A stretch of 64,000 bases of DNA, from positions 80,969 through 144,968 of IMG/VR virus record IMGVR_UViG_3300017792_000017; one strand, given 5' to 3'. Made by a program: the position numbers and the translations under genes. Positions 44,839 to 54,946 of the stretch are shown piece by piece; positions within the stretch are counted from its first letter, which is position 1; every line of letters begins with the position of its first letter. The notes under the pieces are model-generated. The model ran no database searches and was not told the DNA's origin. It saw nothing but the letters and a program-made list of their open reading frames with translations. Origin of the DNA: a virus.

Positions 44839-46615
44839 AACAAGGGTATTGTTCATTAATGAAGATATCAAAGAATACAAGAAGTTAATGGAATTTCCGG
44901 CCTTTCTACGTGATGGGCCGTATTTCTTTGTACCCGCCACATGGGCCGTTGCTCGTAACGTATATATGCGTATGAGAAACGACTTCAAAACAATGAAATT
45001 CAAAGTCGATTTAGACGTTCACGAATTTCTAACCTCAACCCCCAAACTTAAAGAAATCCCTGAATCGTTCAAGTTCTTCACTGAACCTATGGACTTTCAG
45101 AGAATTGCTCTGCGCTACATTTACACAGTAGGAAGCGGGGGTATTCTTTTAGATCCAGGTATGGGTAAGTCTAAGGTAACACTGGACTACATTGCCTTAA
45201 TGGGTTTTAAGAGAGTAATTATCGTTTGCCCGAAGCCTTTGCTTTTCGTCTGGGAAGACGAAATCAAGTTTCACCGTCCTGACCTTACTTTCTACACAGT
45301 TAAGACAACGAACTGGGAAAAGGAAAAAGAAGGGATTCTTAACAACCGAGTGACAATCATCAACTATAACAAGGCTGTAACGTTCGAACACAACCTTAAG
45401 GAAGTTGGATATGAGTACATTCACTTGGACGAGTTCTTAATCAAAGATCCAAAGACGACGAGAACAAAAGCTTTAACAGAGATTTCAAAAGTAATCCAGT
45501 ATAGAACTGGTGGTTCTGGAACGCTTATTAACAACAGTATTATGGATGTGTTTTGTCCGGTACGGTATTTGCAACCAGCATTGGTTGGTTGGAACTATCG
45601 TAACTTTCTTGATCGCCATGCTGTTAAAGTGGCTGTCAAAAAAGGAGAACAAGGCTCAGTCCAAGCTATTGTTGCGTTTAAAGGCATGGATATTGCCAGG
45701 TCTATTCTTGAGTCATGCTCTATCGTAATGACGAAAGAAGAATGGCTTAAGGGAAAGATTCCGGAGAAGGTATTCCACGATGTTTATGTGACGCCATCTG
45801 CTCAGCAAAAGGAAGTGTATAACTCCTTGATGAAGAATTACATTGCTGAGTTTAGAGGAAACTTCATTGAAATCGATAATCCTCTGGTTATGCTCAGTAA
45901 GTTGTATCAGATCTCAAACGGGTTTCTGTACAAGACTGATAAGCCTGAAGTAGATATTAAGAAGACCGATGCCTTTGCAGCTAATGACTTAGACGACCTT
46001 CTGCAAGACGGAAGTGAACGCAAGCGTAAACCAAAGCGTGAAACTCTGTTCTTCGATGAGCAACCTAAGGTTGAAGCGTTGCGTGATATTTGTGTAAACA
46101 AGATTCCGATTAAGAAAGCGATTATCTGGTTCAACATGTCAGCAGAGCTTGAACTTATTGAAGCTATGATGCAGAAAGAAGGTAAAACCTATTCTGTAAT
46201 CAAAGGTGGAGAATCGAATATCGGGAAGAAGGTTCGTGAGTATAATGCCAATCCAGCAATTCAGTATTTGATCTGTCAAGCTAAGGCAGTTAACTACGGT
46301 ATTACTGTTCTTGGAACTACGATTGAGAAACTAGAAGACTCAGATAGTGAATACGAGGTAATGCCAAACATTAGCCCAGAAGTTCACACTGAAATCTTTT
46401 ACAGTATGAACTTTAGCTTGGAAGTATATCTACAACAACAAGACCGTATTCACCGTATCGGTCAAAAACACGTTTGTGACTATTACCGTATATTCGCAAA
46501 TACATCAATCGAACATCAAATCAGGAAAGCAGCAGTTGATAAGATGAGCATTCGGGAAGAACTTCTCGTTGACATAGCTCACAAACTTAGAGAATCAGAT
46601 GCTAATTTGGTATAA
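44813..46615 (+). CDS. SNF2-family helicase
   Basis: DPGMGKS, HLDE, GSGT, QQQDRIHRIGQ. Confidence 0.85.
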   Translation: MLVRFNQNKTRVLFINEDIKEYKKLMEFPAFLRDGPYFFVPATWAVARNVYMRMRNDFKTMKFKVDLDVHEFLTSTPKLKEIPESFKFFTEPMDFQRIALRYIYTVGSGGILLDPGMGKSKVTLDYIALMGFKRVIIVCPKPLLFVWEDEIKFHRPDLTFYTVKTTNWEKEKEGILNNRVTIINYNKAVTFEHNLKEVGYEYIHLDEFLIKDPKTTRTKALTEISKVIQYRTGGSGTLINNSIMDVFCPVRYLQPALVGWNYRNFLDRHAVKVAVKKGEQGSVQAIVAFKGMDIARSILESCSIVMTKEEWLKGKIPEKVFHDVYVTPSAQQKEVYNSLMKNYIAEFRGNFIEIDNPLVMLSKLYQISNGFLYKTDKPEVDIKKTDAFAANDLDDLLQDGSERKRKPKRETLFFDEQPKVEALRDICVNKIPIKKAIIWFNMSAELELIEAMMQKEGKTYSVIKGGESNIGKKVREYNANPAIQYLICQAKAVNYGITVLGTTIEKLEDSDSEYEVMPNISPEVHTEIFYSMNFSLEVYLQQQDRIHRIGQKHVCDYYRIFANTSIEHQIRKAAVDKMSIREELLVDIAHKLRESDANLV

Positions 46616-46623
46616 GGTTATTG
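46607..46623 (+). promoter_or_regulatory. early promoter
   Basis: TTGGTATAAG-GTTAT-TG; variant TTGGCATAAG-N5-TG at 46796. Confidence 0.7.
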
Positions 46624-46934
46624 GGTAAACCTGTAACTTTTTACCGGATTTCATCATGTGGACCTGTATTCCCTGTCTCAAGCAGGCCAGTAAGAAAGTT
46701 CCCAAGAACTTGCTTATTCGGACCTGCAATGTTTGCCATACGCCAGCAGTTGAATGCGCTATTGAGCAGACGAAAGTCAATATTGAAGCACCGAATTGGC
46801 ATAAGGGTTCTGAGGGCAAACATAGTCTTTCCGCTCCCGAACCTTTCCAGATTCCGGAGAACGGCTTGTACCTCTGGCTTAGACCACAACATTAACCCCG
46901 TAGTAAAGACCTGACCAAGAAGGGTAAAAATAAG

Positions 46935-47552
46935 ATGACCGCAGAAACTCAGCATTTTCTGAATCAAAACGCCGTTGAATCGCAAGTCAGCATTGCGCTC
47001 AACCGCTGGATGCAAAAGCATCCTGACCACACGTCGGAACAACGTGCTGCTATAACGGACAACCTCCGCGACAAGATCACGAACTCCCGGCTGAAGGGAA
47101 AGTTCCAGAACTCGAAGGTCAACCGTGCAGTTCGCAAAGCTGCAATCGCAGAAGAAGTTACGAAGCACGGTCTGGAGTTCTCGACGGTTCAAGAAACCGT
47201 GTTCGTAGAACGCAAGCCGCAAGATCCGACGACGGCTCGGAATGGCTTCGAGATGTTCCTGGAAGATCTTCTCTGCGCGACGATTCCGGAGATCGCAACT
47301 CGCACGGTGACGTTCGTGTTCAAGCGTACCAAGATCGGCAAGGCCTTCAAGATCGACTACGCCGTAGCACTGCAGAATCCGGCTGACACTGCGGATTACC
47401 TCGTGGCGAAGGAGTACGCAGTAGCTCGTCTCCTGAACGGTCAAGTCCTTACGGTCTACGCAACTGACGCCGACAAGCTGTCGTATTCGGACATGGCTCG
47501 GGGCCTGGTCAATCACAACGCTCACGAAGTGTATTCAGCAGCATATCTGTAA
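46935..47552 (+). CDS. hypothetical early protein
   Basis: GC-rich codon bias; AAGGG RBS. Confidence 0.7.
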   Translation: MTAETQHFLNQNAVESQVSIALNRWMQKHPDHTSEQRAAITDNLRDKITNSRLKGKFQNSKVNRAVRKAAIAEEVTKHGLEFSTVQETVFVERKPQDPTTARNGFEMFLEDLLCATIPEIATRTVTFVFKRTKIGKAFKIDYAVALQNPADTADYLVAKEYAVARLLNGQVLTVYATDADKLSYSDMARGLVNHNAHEVYSAAYL

Positions 47553-47688
47553 AACCGTATTCCCGGGGGCCGTGATAAACACACGGCAGTGAATACTCAA
47601 AGTAGATGGCCAACCTACAAAGAGTGTAGTCTCCTATTGGCAAACAACCGCAGTACAAAAACTCAACCAATCTGTTAGGAGTAACACC

Positions 47689-48228
47689 ATGAAACGCAAC
47701 TTCATCGCTGCAGCAATCCTCTCCCTCGCATCCATCGCTGCATTCGCTGGTAACGGCAATGGCAACGGCAACAACGGCGGCGCAGTCTCGGGCGGCGTGG
47801 CCGGACAAGCAGAAATCGGCGGCCAGATCACGGTCGGTCAGGTCAACGCAGGTCTGTCGGCTTCGAGCCAAACCAGCGGCAATGCAGTGTCGTCCACGAA
47901 GGTCTTCGGTCCGAATGCGTACAGCACGCAATCGACCATCTCGACCGGCGCTGGCACGACGACGGCAAGCGTGGACGTCAAGCCCAACAGCGTGACGGCA
48001 AACACCTCGCAAGGCGCAGTCTCGAACGTCGTGTCGAACTCGAACCAGTCGTCGCAGCTGCCGACGCTGGACGACAAGGGTCTGCTCATCAACGGCACCG
48101 CTGGCGTCGCTCAAGTCCAGAACACCGCCGCTGCTGCTGCAACGCAAACCATCGTCGGCGTGACCGGCATGGCTGGCATCGAAGGCTCGGCAGGTCTGTC
48201 GGCAATCGGACACGTCGCTGGCTTCTAA
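47689..48228 (+). CDS. secreted low-complexity G/S/T/N/Q-rich protein
   Basis: Signal peptide MKRNFIAAAILSLASIAAFA; AGGAG RBS. Confidence 0.7.
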   Translation: MKRNFIAAAILSLASIAAFAGNGNGNGNNGGAVSGGVAGQAEIGGQITVGQVNAGLSASSQTSGNAVSSTKVFGPNAYSTQSTISTGAGTTTASVDVKPNSVTANTSQGAVSNVVSNSNQSSQLPTLDDKGLLINGTAGVAQVQNTAAAAATQTIVGVTGMAGIEGSAGLSAIGHVAGF

Positions 48229-48330
48229 GCGACGAGTAGTAGAAGCACCGTAGTAAAAGGCCACAGGTAGGGGCGTACTGATGGGGTACGCTCCGCCTAC
48301 ATAACGATACTAAATTCTGGGGTAGTTAAC

Positions 48331-49056
48331 ATGAATCGCTTTGCAAAAGTTATCCTGGGCACTGCTCTGGGATTGGTGATAGCTTCGACCGCAATGGCTC
48401 AAAACAAAGTCAACGCGGATGTCAGCAATACAAGCACCACGAATGCCGTCTCGCAAACCGAGGCAAGCAATCAAGGTGTGAGCGCCACTAACAACTTCAA
48501 CACGACTTCGCCGGAACATACCTCCACCGATGTGCATTACTCCGGTGTGACGGGTTCGAACACGGCAGTCGGGCTGGGATCATTCTCCAGCTCATTCTCA
48601 TCGGACTATTGCGGCGGTACGCAACAGGCCGGTATCAGCGTCCCTTACGCAACACTGGCCGCTGGCGGGCCGGTGCTGAAGGAGCCAGGCGTAGCTTGCG
48701 TGAACACTCGTGCAGCAGTGCACACGATGGAGTTCTCGGCAACGTTCGGCAACGCAGCAGCACGTGCATTGGCTCTGGCAGACGATGCCAAGAAGCGCAA
48801 CGATGTGCAGATGGCTGTGGCGTATCAGGACAGCGCTGCGAATTTTGCAGCAATGTCGGGCAAACTTGCCCAAGCTTCGGTAAACATGTTGTGCAATCTG
48901 TCAGACGATGTGCGTCAAGCGTATCGTGATGCAGGAGTTTCGTGCCCGGAGACCAAGCTGGAAAAAGCTGCAGCAGACAAGCAGCAAGCAGTAGCTCACA
49001 ACGAGCCGGTGGATCCGTTGATCCGGCAGCGTATGGGTCTTGCGTCGTTGAAGTGA
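48331..49056 (+). CDS. secreted protein with four Cys
   Basis: Signal peptide ending AMA. Confidence 0.7.
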   Translation: MNRFAKVILGTALGLVIASTAMAQNKVNADVSNTSTTNAVSQTEASNQGVSATNNFNTTSPEHTSTDVHYSGVTGSNTAVGLGSFSSSFSSDYCGGTQQAGISVPYATLAAGGPVLKEPGVACVNTRAAVHTMEFSATFGNAAARALALADDAKKRNDVQMAVAYQDSAANFAAMSGKLAQASVNMLCNLSDDVRQAYRDAGVSCPETKLEKAAADKQQAVAHNEPVDPLIRQRMGLASLK

Positions 49057-49122
49057 ACCTGGACGAGGGCGGGGCTTAGGCTCCGCTCTCACCACGTATA
49101 ACATATAAAAGGAAAACACCAA

Positions 49123-49488
49123 ATGAACTTCGTTCAAGCACTCAAGAAACTGTTTCAAGCTAAGTCGATGCTTACCCAAGTGGAAGTGTCGGCAGAGATC
49201 CAGAAGGTTGAACCTCTTCCTCTTGACATCTACCAGGACTTGCCAGATATCGGTGAGCACCGAGAAGAGATCATGAAAATGATCGCCAAGATGCATCCGG
49301 AAGTGGTTTACGCAGAACAGCATACGATTCGTCACAATCGTCGTGCGGAATACAAATCGATACACTTCTTACGCACTGAAAGCAAGCGTAAGTGGGCGTA
49401 CGATGTCAAGGTTGCAAAAGGCGAATACACTACCGACAAGCTCGTTCGAGTTGCGCCGCAACAACGCCGGACTTTGCAAGCAGTCTGA
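49123..49488 (+). CDS. hypothetical early protein
   Basis: AAGGA RBS; followed by a terminator. Confidence 0.65.
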   Translation: MNFVQALKKLFQAKSMLTQVEVSAEIQKVEPLPLDIYQDLPDIGEHREEIMKMIAKMHPEVVYAEQHTIRHNRRAEYKSIHFLRTESKRKWAYDVKVAKGEYTTDKLVRVAPQQRRTLQAV

Positions 49489-49568
49489 TTGGGGTTAAAC
49501 TCAATCAAAGGGCTACTCGATTCACGTCGAGCAGCCTTTTTTTATTTTTAAATTGGAGGTTTTACCTA

Positions 49569-50231
49569 ATGGCTTATATCCGACGATGGGTAGGAAAGTT
49601 CTTCCCCGCACTTGCAGTAACGGTGCTACTCTCGGCGTGCGGCTCTCAAGAAGTCAAATTTGATAATTCATCAATCAATACGCCTGTTTTAGCAACCACA
49701 CCCACACGGGAATCCACTGTCTTAAATGCTGCGTTACAGCAACAAGATACTTTCTCTTTATATGAGTTCGTAGGTTCAGACGAACCACAAGAGACGAAAG
49801 ATCAGAGAAGTGCAAAACTGATCAAATTTGTTGCAAGTAGATTCAAGAAGCCTGAATGGTTCATTGAAAAGATCGTGGAAACTGCCCTTAAGTATTCTCG
49901 GCCAGATTTTCCAACAGCAGATGATATTCTTGCAATCATCGCTGTAGAGTCTACTTACAACACAAATGCGCAGCACAGAGGATCGTGGGGCCTGATGCAA
50001 ATAGAGGCTAAATCACACCGTGCTAAGACACGTGGTGAAAGTCTCAAAAACATCGACACCAATATCCGTGTTGGGACAGAAGTTCTAAGCGAGTATTACG
50101 AAATCACACACAGTAGGTCAGGAGCAATCCAGGCTTACAACATAGGGATCGGTAATTTCCTGGCTGGTAAGAAAGCCAAAACGTACCTGTCGAAAGTCAA
50201 CAAAGAGAAGGCTATTCTTAAATCCATTTAA
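49569..50231 (+). CDS. lipoprotein lytic transglycosylase (SLT)
   Basis: GGAGG RBS; lipobox LSAC; AIIAVES, WGLMQI, AYNIG. Confidence 0.85.
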   Translation: MAYIRRWVGKFFPALAVTVLLSACGSQEVKFDNSSINTPVLATTPTRESTVLNAALQQQDTFSLYEFVGSDEPQETKDQRSAKLIKFVASRFKKPEWFIEKIVETALKYSRPDFPTADDILAIIAVESTYNTNAQHRGSWGLMQIEAKSHRAKTRGESLKNIDTNIRVGTEVLSEYYEITHSRSGAIQAYNIGIGNFLAGKKAKTYLSKVNKEKAILKSI

Positions 50232-50251
50232 CTCAATTACAATATCGTAAG

Positions 50252-50268
50252 TTGGTATAAGAGAATTG
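50252..50268 (+). promoter_or_regulatory. early promoter
   Basis: TTGGTATAAG-AGAAT-TG. Confidence 0.7.
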
Positions 50269-50303
50269 GGTAAAACAATCTTTTTTGGAAGGACAAGTTC
50301 CAA

Positions 50304-50468
50304 ATGAAAAACATCGATATGCGACATATGTTGTCTGAGCAAAAAGTTGTAGCAGACAAGGAAGATCTGAAGGTTTTCGGTAGCTTGGTGGTACTGGTTG
50401 TTGCAGTCACCATTCTTGCGACTTTGACCATTCAATCCTTCTGCTCAGGAAGCAACGTCTGCATGTAA
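50304..50468 (+). CDS. 54-aa single-TM protein
   Basis: AAGGA RBS; hand-translated. Confidence 0.55.
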   Translation: MKNIDMRHMLSEQKVVADKEDLKVFGSLVVLVVAVTILATLTIQSFCSGSNVCM

Positions 50469-50488
50469 CGCTCCTCTGGAGGTGTGAC

Positions 50489-50635
50489 ATGTTCGTGTTT
50501 CTGTTCAAGGCTTCTGTAGTAATCGTCGTAGCAGCAGTGCTGATAATGATCGTTTTCGCAGTTGTAGTTTCTGGGATCGTCGGCGCTTTCAAAGGTATAT
50601 TCGAAACGACGGAAGAAGGCGAGAAGAAAGAATGA
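50489..50635 (+). CDS. 48-aa single-TM protein
   Basis: GGAGG RBS; hand-translated. Confidence 0.55.
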   Translation: MFVFLFKASVVIVVAAVLIMIVFAVVVSGIVGAFKGIFETTEEGEKKE

Positions 50636-50738
50636 AGAGGCGCTCCGAAGTTTGGAGCGTCTTTTTTTGCCTTTCTAAAGTGAGTAGCTTTTTTTAGCTT
50701 AATAACCAATTAGAGGAGCGAAACTCTGGAACACAAAC

Positions 50739-51065
50739 ATGGACAAAATTAAACGACCGGTTTACAATAAGTTACCTAGTCAGGTAAGGGTACTAGGTAA
50801 GATTTTCAAAATTAGACGTATGGAAGAAGGGGAGTGGGAAGACGCTGACGGGATTATGCAGCTAGACTCTCAAGAAATTCTAGTGAGAGAAAAATCTGCG
50901 TTGGGATACCAGCAAGATACGTTACTTCACGAGACCATTCATGCCATAGATGAAACCCTAGTGACAGGAATGACTGAACAGCAAGTGAGTAATTTGGCTA
51001 GTGTATTACTGGCAGTGCTTAAAGACAATCCAGAATTCACAAAATGGATATTACAAGATGAGTAA
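50739..51065 (+). CDS. HExxH metallopeptidase-like protein
   Basis: TLLHETIHA...EQQV. Confidence 0.65.
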   Translation: MDKIKRPVYNKLPSQVRVLGKIFKIRRMEEGEWEDADGIMQLDSQEILVREKSALGYQQDTLLHETIHAIDETLVTGMTEQQVSNLASVLLAVLKDNPEFTKWILQDE

Positions 51066-51750
51066 CGAACTAACCCATGTGAAGAAGCCATCTATTTGGT
51101 TTATTCACGGCGCTAATGCAACACCTACATCATTCTCAGCCATTCAAACAAAGCTTCACGAGTTTGAAGAAATGGATGGCACAGAATTTGTAAATGTGCG
51201 ATATGATTGTCAAGATCCTATTGCATCAACAGTAGAAATCATTGCTGATTCACTCCCCTCTGACAGGCCTATTTATTTGATTGGGCATAGTCTAGGCGGA
51301 GTTTTAGCAGTAGCAGTATCTCAGAGAGTTAAGCACTTTGAGTTAGGCAAAGACATTAAAGGTGTAATCACAATGGCTTCCCCCATCGGTGGATGTGAAG
51401 GGGCAGATTATCTTCAGTGGCTTTTCCCACACTACCATCTATTTAAAAACATCTCTACCAAGAATAGAGTAGTCAATGATATCAAGGCTGTAGGTGCTGT
51501 TGTTCCTACACTTAATTTCATAACCACATCTGGCAACAATCCGATCTATCCGGAATCCAATGATGGTGTAGTAACTGTCAATTCTCAACGTGCTCTAAGA
51601 CGTGCTAAGAAAATCGAAGTACCCTTCAATCACTTCGAAGTTCTTCTGAGCGATAGCGTTGTGTCACATATCAAAACTGCAATTTTCAATCCAGACCAAG
51701 TCTTCGGTATAGAATTCAGTACTCACACAGTACAAACTTCAGACGATTAA
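51058..51750 (+). CDS. alpha/beta hydrolase
   Basis: FIHG, GHSLGG, NDGVV, NHF. Confidence 0.85.
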   Translation: MSNELTHVKKPSIWFIHGANATPTSFSAIQTKLHEFEEMDGTEFVNVRYDCQDPIASTVEIIADSLPSDRPIYLIGHSLGGVLAVAVSQRVKHFELGKDIKGVITMASPIGGCEGADYLQWLFPHYHLFKNISTKNRVVNDIKAVGAVVPTLNFITTSGNNPIYPESNDGVVTVNSQRALRRAKKIEVPFNHFEVLLSDSVVSHIKTAIFNPDQVFGIEFSTHTVQTSDD

Positions 51751-51765
51751 ACTAACTGTTTTTAT

Positions 51766-51782
51766 TTGGTATAAGCCTCTTA
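51766..51782 (+). promoter_or_regulatory. early promoter
   Basis: TTGGTATAAG-CCTCT-TA. Confidence 0.7.
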
Positions 51783-51809
51783 GTAAAGAATACTTTCTAG
51801 GAGGCTGAA

Positions 51810-52652
51810 TTGAATATCATCGATTTTTCCATTCGGAAAAACACAGAGGCTAACGCTGATTTAGTTATCGGTACGCCTGAATACAACAAAATCAGATACC
51901 CTGCTAATTATAACGGCAGAGGTAAACCTATGTGGATGTACACATTGGAGTATGATTTAAAGTTTAAGAATGAACGTAGATGGAAATATTCTCGCCATCT
52001 AAACGGAGTAGTTACTCATCGCGCCGGTCATATCCTGAACAATGATATTTCTATGTGCATCGGTAACAATCTCAACTTCAAATCGAAGTCAGTAGAATAC
52101 CGTGCTAAGACTGGTGAGGTTTTTTTATACGGTCAATACGTAGGCTCGGTTAATAAGAAGCTTCATCGATTCAATACCTTCACTTTAAAGAATATCAATA
52201 CCAAAGAAGTGAGACACAGACTTACTGCGTTCGGAGTAGATCTTATTTCTAAGAAGGGTAAGACGTATTGGAAGATGGAATTCGGTAAAAATTACTTTGA
52301 GTCTATTTTGAAAGAATACGGTTCGGAAGAAACTTTAAAGTACGAATTTAGAAACATCTTTCCTAAGATGAAAATTCTTAAAATTGAAACCACTGAAATA
52401 GTCAAGTATAAGGCTATCTGTCAAATAGTTCCAGAGCTAACGTATCCGATACAATCATTTCGTAAGACAGGTATTACACCGGAGACAGATTCCAGAACAA
52501 CAGACATCTTCAAGTGGCAAAAAACTGATTTACAATGGGAACAGATGTCTTTAGAATGGGAAGACGAAGTTGTAACGGTTGCTCCGCTGAAAGAAGCTAT
52601 ACCGGTAGGATGGCTTAATCCTAACCCGAGCACAAGACTAGAGATTTGGTAA
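51810..52652 (+). CDS. hypothetical protein
   Basis: AGGAGG RBS with TTG start. Confidence 0.65.
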   Translation: MNIIDFSIRKNTEANADLVIGTPEYNKIRYPANYNGRGKPMWMYTLEYDLKFKNERRWKYSRHLNGVVTHRAGHILNNDISMCIGNNLNFKSKSVEYRAKTGEVFLYGQYVGSVNKKLHRFNTFTLKNINTKEVRHRLTAFGVDLISKKGKTYWKMEFGKNYFESILKEYGSEETLKYEFRNIFPKMKILKIETTEIVKYKAICQIVPELTYPIQSFRKTGITPETDSRTTDIFKWQKTDLQWEQMSLEWEDEVVTVAPLKEAIPVGWLNPNPSTRLEIW

Positions 52653-53164
52653 TGGAAGAAATTGAAAAGCTTAAAGTTGTTGCACTAGATGAGTACCTTG
52701 CAGGAGACAACTACGCTCAAGTAGAGGATCTATTAGCTACATGTGCGTTGAATTTATCAGTATCACTTTCCAGTGTTCTGTTAAAGATATACGAAGTAAG
52801 AGGTACAGGTAAGAACCCAGATCTCGATGCTGTAGCCAAAGAACTTAGATCCGTCATCCAGCACGTTGCTGTCATTGCTCACTGCCTTGATCTATACATT
52901 CCTGAGTACGAGGAACTAGAAGAATTCGTTGAAGACGAGATCATCGATGAAAACAAGATGGATGCTACGATGTGTATTCTTAGCATTCAACACATTTATG
53001 CAAACATGATTTTGGATTATTATGTCGGGGCCTTTGATTCTGACAATCCAGACATGGTTGACATGGACATGATGCAAGTTGGTATCCTTGATATGCTTGC
53101 CAATGTTCTCTGTATCTGCAATCGTTACAAGATGGACTTTATCCAGACAATCGTCTACGGGTAA
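52646..53164 (+). CDS. acidic MazG-like all-alpha protein (degenerate)
   Basis: Two helical motifs, KELRSVIQHVAVIAHCLDL and ILDMLANVLCICNRYKMD. Confidence 0.35.
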   Translation: MVMEEIEKLKVVALDEYLAGDNYAQVEDLLATCALNLSVSLSSVLLKIYEVRGTGKNPDLDAVAKELRSVIQHVAVIAHCLDLYIPEYEELEEFVEDEIIDENKMDATMCILSIQHIYANMILDYYVGAFDSDNPDMVDMDMMQVGILDMLANVLCICNRYKMDFIQTIVYG

Positions 53165-53178
53165 TAATCCCCAGTATT

Positions 53179-53195
53179 TTGGTATAAGAGTATTG
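53179..53195 (+). promoter_or_regulatory. early promoter
   Basis: TTGGTATAAG-AGTAT-TG. Confidence 0.75.
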
Positions 53196-53282
53196 AGGAA
53201 GATCGCATTATTGTCGTCAAGCTGAAGACGTACTTGTCCTACGTCCTCGTCAACGCTCCAATGGTGAAGGCCGATCTTCCTC
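53195..53282 (+). ncRNA. candidate 88-nt rod-shaped structured RNA or leader
   Basis: Ends GAGGAAGATCG/CGATCTTCCTC; internal CATTATTG/CAATGGTG and GACGTA/TACGTC; starts at the predicted +1. Confidence 0.5.
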
Positions 53283-53309
53283 CTTCTCAATTAATTTGGT
53301 GAAACAGCC

Positions 53310-54938
53310 ATGCAGCAAGAGTATAAAAGCGACATCCTTTCTTTTTTCCCTTTGGAAGAAGCGAGGCCTACGCAGAAAGCAGTATTGTTGGAAATCGATA
53401 AAGCGTTTCATGAGGGCAAGAAATTCGTCATTCTAGAAGCACCAGTTGGTTCTGGCAAATCCCCCGTAGCTATGACTTTCGGAAGAAAGTTTCAAGACTC
53501 CCACATTATCACTCCTCAGAAATCCTTGCAGAACCAGTATTACGAAGACTTTTCAGAAGACACAGTTCTGATGAAAGGCCGTAATGCGTATCCGTGTACT
53601 CGCAACAAGAGTCGCAAGATTTACATGAAGGTGATTAATGATATCAAAAAAGGCCAAGTAAAACAGCCAGGTCAAGGCGAAGACAACTGTGCTAACGCAC
53701 CGTGTCGTAATAGTGAAACTGTGTATAAGATGTGTGTGGAAGCGCAAGGGCCTTGCCCGTACACAGCTGCAATCGAAGTAGCACAAGAACACCATACAGT
53801 TATTCACAACGTTCACTCGTTTATCTTCCAAACGAATTTCGGTGAGAAATTTCAGAAGCGACGTTTGCTGGTAATTGATGAAGCACATATGATTGAAAGT
53901 ATCATTCGTGACTTCATTACGAAGAAGGTAACGCTCAAGGGATTGGTTGAAGCAATTGATACTCCTGGAGATCCTTCAATCGATAAGTGGTGTGATTTCT
54001 TTATGACAGACAGGTTTCTGCCAGAAGTAAGCGCATCTGAAAAAGCAATGAAAGAGGTTGATGAGAACTATCTCACCGAGCGTGACAAGTATCTCGAACA
54101 GATTCTGGCATTCAAAGAAAAGGCTGAGTATTACGGTGAAGCATTTACCGTTAAGCGTACTCCGAATTATCTTGGTGATCGTTGTATCAACACTGTGTTT
54201 GAATTCATTCCGCACAGCGTAGGCAGTGCTCCGACTAGGTTGATGTTTGACTATGGCGAACACGTATTGCTGATGTCAGGTACGATCTATGACAAGAATA
54301 TGTATTGCAGAAGCATCGGTATCAAACCTGAAGATGCTTACTTCATCCGTATTCCATCGTCGTTCCCTGTCAAGAGTAGACCGATCATTTTGAAGCCGGA
54401 GTATCAAGTCGATACTTCGTTTGCTAACTGGAATGATAACTTTAAGGAAATGGTTGAGAAGATCAACAAGATCCTGAATATCTTCCATGACGTTAAAGGA
54501 TTAATTCATGTTCCTTCCTATCAGGCTGCTGAAGAAATTGCAAGTTGGCTTCCACCCGGACGCGTTATATGGCATGACAAGTCTAATGTCCAAGAGAAGC
54601 TCTCGGAGTTTTACGCCTCCAAAGAGCCAAAGGTTTTCCTCTCTCCGGTCTGTCAGCAAGGTGTTGACTTCAAGTACGATAGATCGAGGTTCCAGATCGT
54701 ACTTCGCATCCCATACCTCAACACGTCGGATGAGTTCGTCAATTTTAAAGTAAAGAACGATTTCAACTGGTACAATTATCAGGCATTGATTACGTTCGGT
54801 CAGCAGATTGGTCGTGTGAATCGTGCAGAGGATGACTTCGGAGTAACGTTTTTGATGGACTCTAGATTTAATAAGTTCATTGCGAACAATTCCAGCAAAT
54901 TACCGAAGTGGCTTAAAGATGCGTTTGTCTACAAATAA
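53310..54938 (+). CDS. DinG/Rad3-like SF2 helicase
   Basis: EAPVGSGKS, KGRNAYPC, Cys cluster, DEAH, MSGT, QGVDF, QQIGRVNR. Confidence 0.88.
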   Translation: MQQEYKSDILSFFPLEEARPTQKAVLLEIDKAFHEGKKFVILEAPVGSGKSPVAMTFGRKFQDSHIITPQKSLQNQYYEDFSEDTVLMKGRNAYPCTRNKSRKIYMKVINDIKKGQVKQPGQGEDNCANAPCRNSETVYKMCVEAQGPCPYTAAIEVAQEHHTVIHNVHSFIFQTNFGEKFQKRRLLVIDEAHMIESIIRDFITKKVTLKGLVEAIDTPGDPSIDKWCDFFMTDRFLPEVSASEKAMKEVDENYLTERDKYLEQILAFKEKAEYYGEAFTVKRTPNYLGDRCINTVFEFIPHSVGSAPTRLMFDYGEHVLLMSGTIYDKNMYCRSIGIKPEDAYFIRIPSSFPVKSRPIILKPEYQVDTSFANWNDNFKEMVEKINKILNIFHDVKGLIHVPSYQAAEEIASWLPPGRVIWHDKSNVQEKLSEFYASKEPKVFLSPVCQQGVDFKYDRSRFQIVLRIPYLNTSDEFVNFKVKNDFNWYNYQALITFGQQIGRVNRAEDDFGVTFLMDSRFNKFIANNSSKLPKWLKDAFVYK

Positions 54939-54946
54939 GGAAGGGT

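Noticed and set aside
46641-48264. Long minus-strand ORFs (294 aa and 251 aa)
   Set aside because: Antisense shadows of GC-rich plus-strand genes that have RBSs and promoters
53195-53282. tRNA or SRP RNA
   Set aside because: No cloverleaf, TTCGA loop or CCA end; no SRP GGAA/CAGG motif
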